Below are positions 62,191 through 64,000 of a stretch of DNA of 64,000 nt, piece by piece. Numbering within the stretch: position 1 is the stretch's first letter; the number at the start of each line of letters is the position of its first letter. The notes below the pieces were generated by a model. It did not search any database, had not been told where the DNA came from, and saw nothing but the letters and a program-made list of their open reading frames with translations. The stretch comes from Octopus bimaculoides (lineage: Eukaryota), in assembly GCF_001194135.2 (NCBI RefSeq), contig NC_068981.1, positions 161,647,672 through 161,711,671 of the forward strand, read 5' to 3'. The translations under genes and the position numbers were made by a program.

Positions 62191-62814
62191 TACCTTGACA
62201 TTGCATAATAGTTGTAAACAAGTGTCCCTGACATGCAAGCAGTGTCTGTTTCCAGTATTCTGTGAAATCATGCCTGGTCATGGGGAAATATTATGTCACT
62301 AGGAAACAGGTAAGTGTTGGCAATAGGAAGAACATCCAGCTTTCCCATTATACCTTAGTACAAGGTAGTAAGCACTAAAAAGCAAAGTGTTTGATTCCAT
62401 TTTTTACTTTACAAAAATACTTAGCAATATCAAGCAACACAAAGCCCTGTCCAATAATCTATCTGTCAGGCTTACAAGGCTGTGTAGTGTACAAGAAGAG
62501 TACTTACAGAATCTGCAGTTTCCAAAATGAGGTACCACAGACAAACATTCACGCCTATTTTTTTCAACCAATACCCATTAACCTTATCACACTGCCTCAA
62601 AACATACAGACAGCCTCACATGCATGACATCACATTCCCAGCCACCTAATATTTTCCAGATTCTGCTGCACATCTACTCTGACTGCTTAAATCCCAGAGA
62701 AACCTGCCTCCAAAATACTAGTGTAGACCTATGAAATCCAGTGTTGGATTAACCTCGTAGCATGTTTAACATATACTATGAGTTCTGCATTGTTAAGCAT
62801 TCTGTACCAAATGC

Positions 62815-63055
62815 ATTGAGCTGACAGAATCATTAGAGAGTTGAACAAAATGCTTTGTGGTATTTCCATTAGCTCTTTATGTTCTGAGCTCAAATCCCAC
62901 TGAGGTCGGTTTTGCTTCTCATCCTTTCAGGGTTGATAAAAATAAAGTAACAGTCAAGTACTAGGGTTGATATAATTAACTCGTTCCTCCCCTAAAATCT
63001 CTGGCTTTGTGCTGAAATTAGAAAGAATTAATTATTATTATTATTATTATTATTA
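62815..63055 (+). mobile_element. SINE family B with (TTA)n tail
   Basis: cagaatcattag..., ctgagctcaaatccc, (TTA)n. Confidence 0.72.
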
Positions 63056-63857
63056 TAGTATTTCTATTGTCTTCAACTTTTATGAATAACAGTCTTTAAA
63101 GTTGATCCAATATTTAGAATACTTCTAAAATTCAGTTCAGTTTGAATGTGACAAATTTCAATAATAAAATTGAATGGTGATAATTAAATGGGCAGATTTA
63201 ATTTGTTTTTATCAGATGCTAATTCATATACAAAATAAAGAACTTCTAGTTCTCTATTTTGGCACATTAAGCTCATCATACAGTAATTGAAATTATTATT
63301 TTTCTCATAAATAAGATCAGCTGAATGAATCAGATTATTATTAATATATTATTGACACCTTAATGCTAACTATTCCCATTAAATCAAATCAGAATTTTTA
63401 AACAGGAAAAGAAATATTTTATACTGTATAGCTTTTATTTTATTTAACCTTCTGCTATTAAGGAAAACTTTAGTAGGAAAAAAAAAAGGAAAATACAAGT
63501 TTAAATAATTAATATAGTCTCATTTTCAACCATATACCATGAAAGCAAATTTACATTATATTAGAGATCTATGTCAGGAGAGAATATTCAACATTTTGCA
63601 TTTCAGTTGATTAAGTAACATTGATGTTAGTGAATTCACTAACATTTAAGCTTTATGGTTTTAGGTTTGGAAGAAGGATCCAGCTATTCAAAATCACTTT
63701 TTAATCTATCACGTCTAAGCTGCGTTCTTCTTAAGTTTAACCTTCTAAATGTCACAACTCGACTAGCAAGCAGATATCAAGTTTTAGATAAAATGATAAA
63801 TAGTGGAAGACTTGCATTAAATTTGGTTACATTACACTCCTTTGTAAATTAATCTGT

Positions 63858-63896
63858 AGGTGCAGGAGTGGCTGTGTGGTAAGAAGCTTACTTCCC
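63858..63896 (+). mobile_element. SINE family A head, abruptly interrupted
   Basis: aggtgcaggagtggctgtgtggtaagaagcttacttccc, then unrelated sequence. Confidence 0.75.
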
Positions 63897-64000
63897 TGAA
63901 GAAGGTGAGCAACAATAGTTGCTCATTGAGAAAGGAGGTCCTTCCGGTTAAACCAACAGAGGCTCCTGCTCCTGCAGCCCCAAAGAAAAGAAGAAGGAGG

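Noticed and set aside
62400-62700. DKVNGYWLKKI motif suggesting another R4-like RT remnant, plus a gtaagt donor
   Set aside because: Only one weak motif; insufficient to call either
63655-63852. 65-aa ORF and CR1-like peptide on the opposite strand
   Set aside because: Similarity too vague; motifs not collinear

Overview
AT-rich (roughly one-third GC by eye), repeat-dominated animal genomic DNA with seven N-gaps, most of them at microsatellites or SINEs. The SINE and microsatellite repertoire looks like an Octopus genome; this is recalled, not verified by search. No host protein-coding gene can be assigned, and nearly all ORFs in the track are microsatellite, SINE or N-gap artefacts. Supported content: (i) many copies of at least five SINE-like families; (ii) decayed LINE fragments of the R4/Dong (restriction-like endonuclease) clade, three of them embedded in (TAA)n tracts, plus two RTE fragments; (iii) Tc1/mariner derivatives (one with DD41D spacing), piggyBac-like TTAA MITEs, a ~3 kb fossil hAT transposase and several unclassified foldback elements; (iv) two CpG-retaining, promoter-like regions (~3.0-3.9 kb, ~46.7-48.9 kb), each with a strong minus-strand splice donor, and a few isolated minus-strand exon candidates. 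The most unusual object is a 451-bp element at 28928-29378: 91-bp TIRs, a 6-bp TSD, and an inward (TTAGGG)-like/(CCCTAA)-like telomeric palindrome closed by a central hairpin. Also notable is a shared GTACCA...(Y)nAG intron-like unit just upstream of the transposase ATG in three different mariner-like elements.
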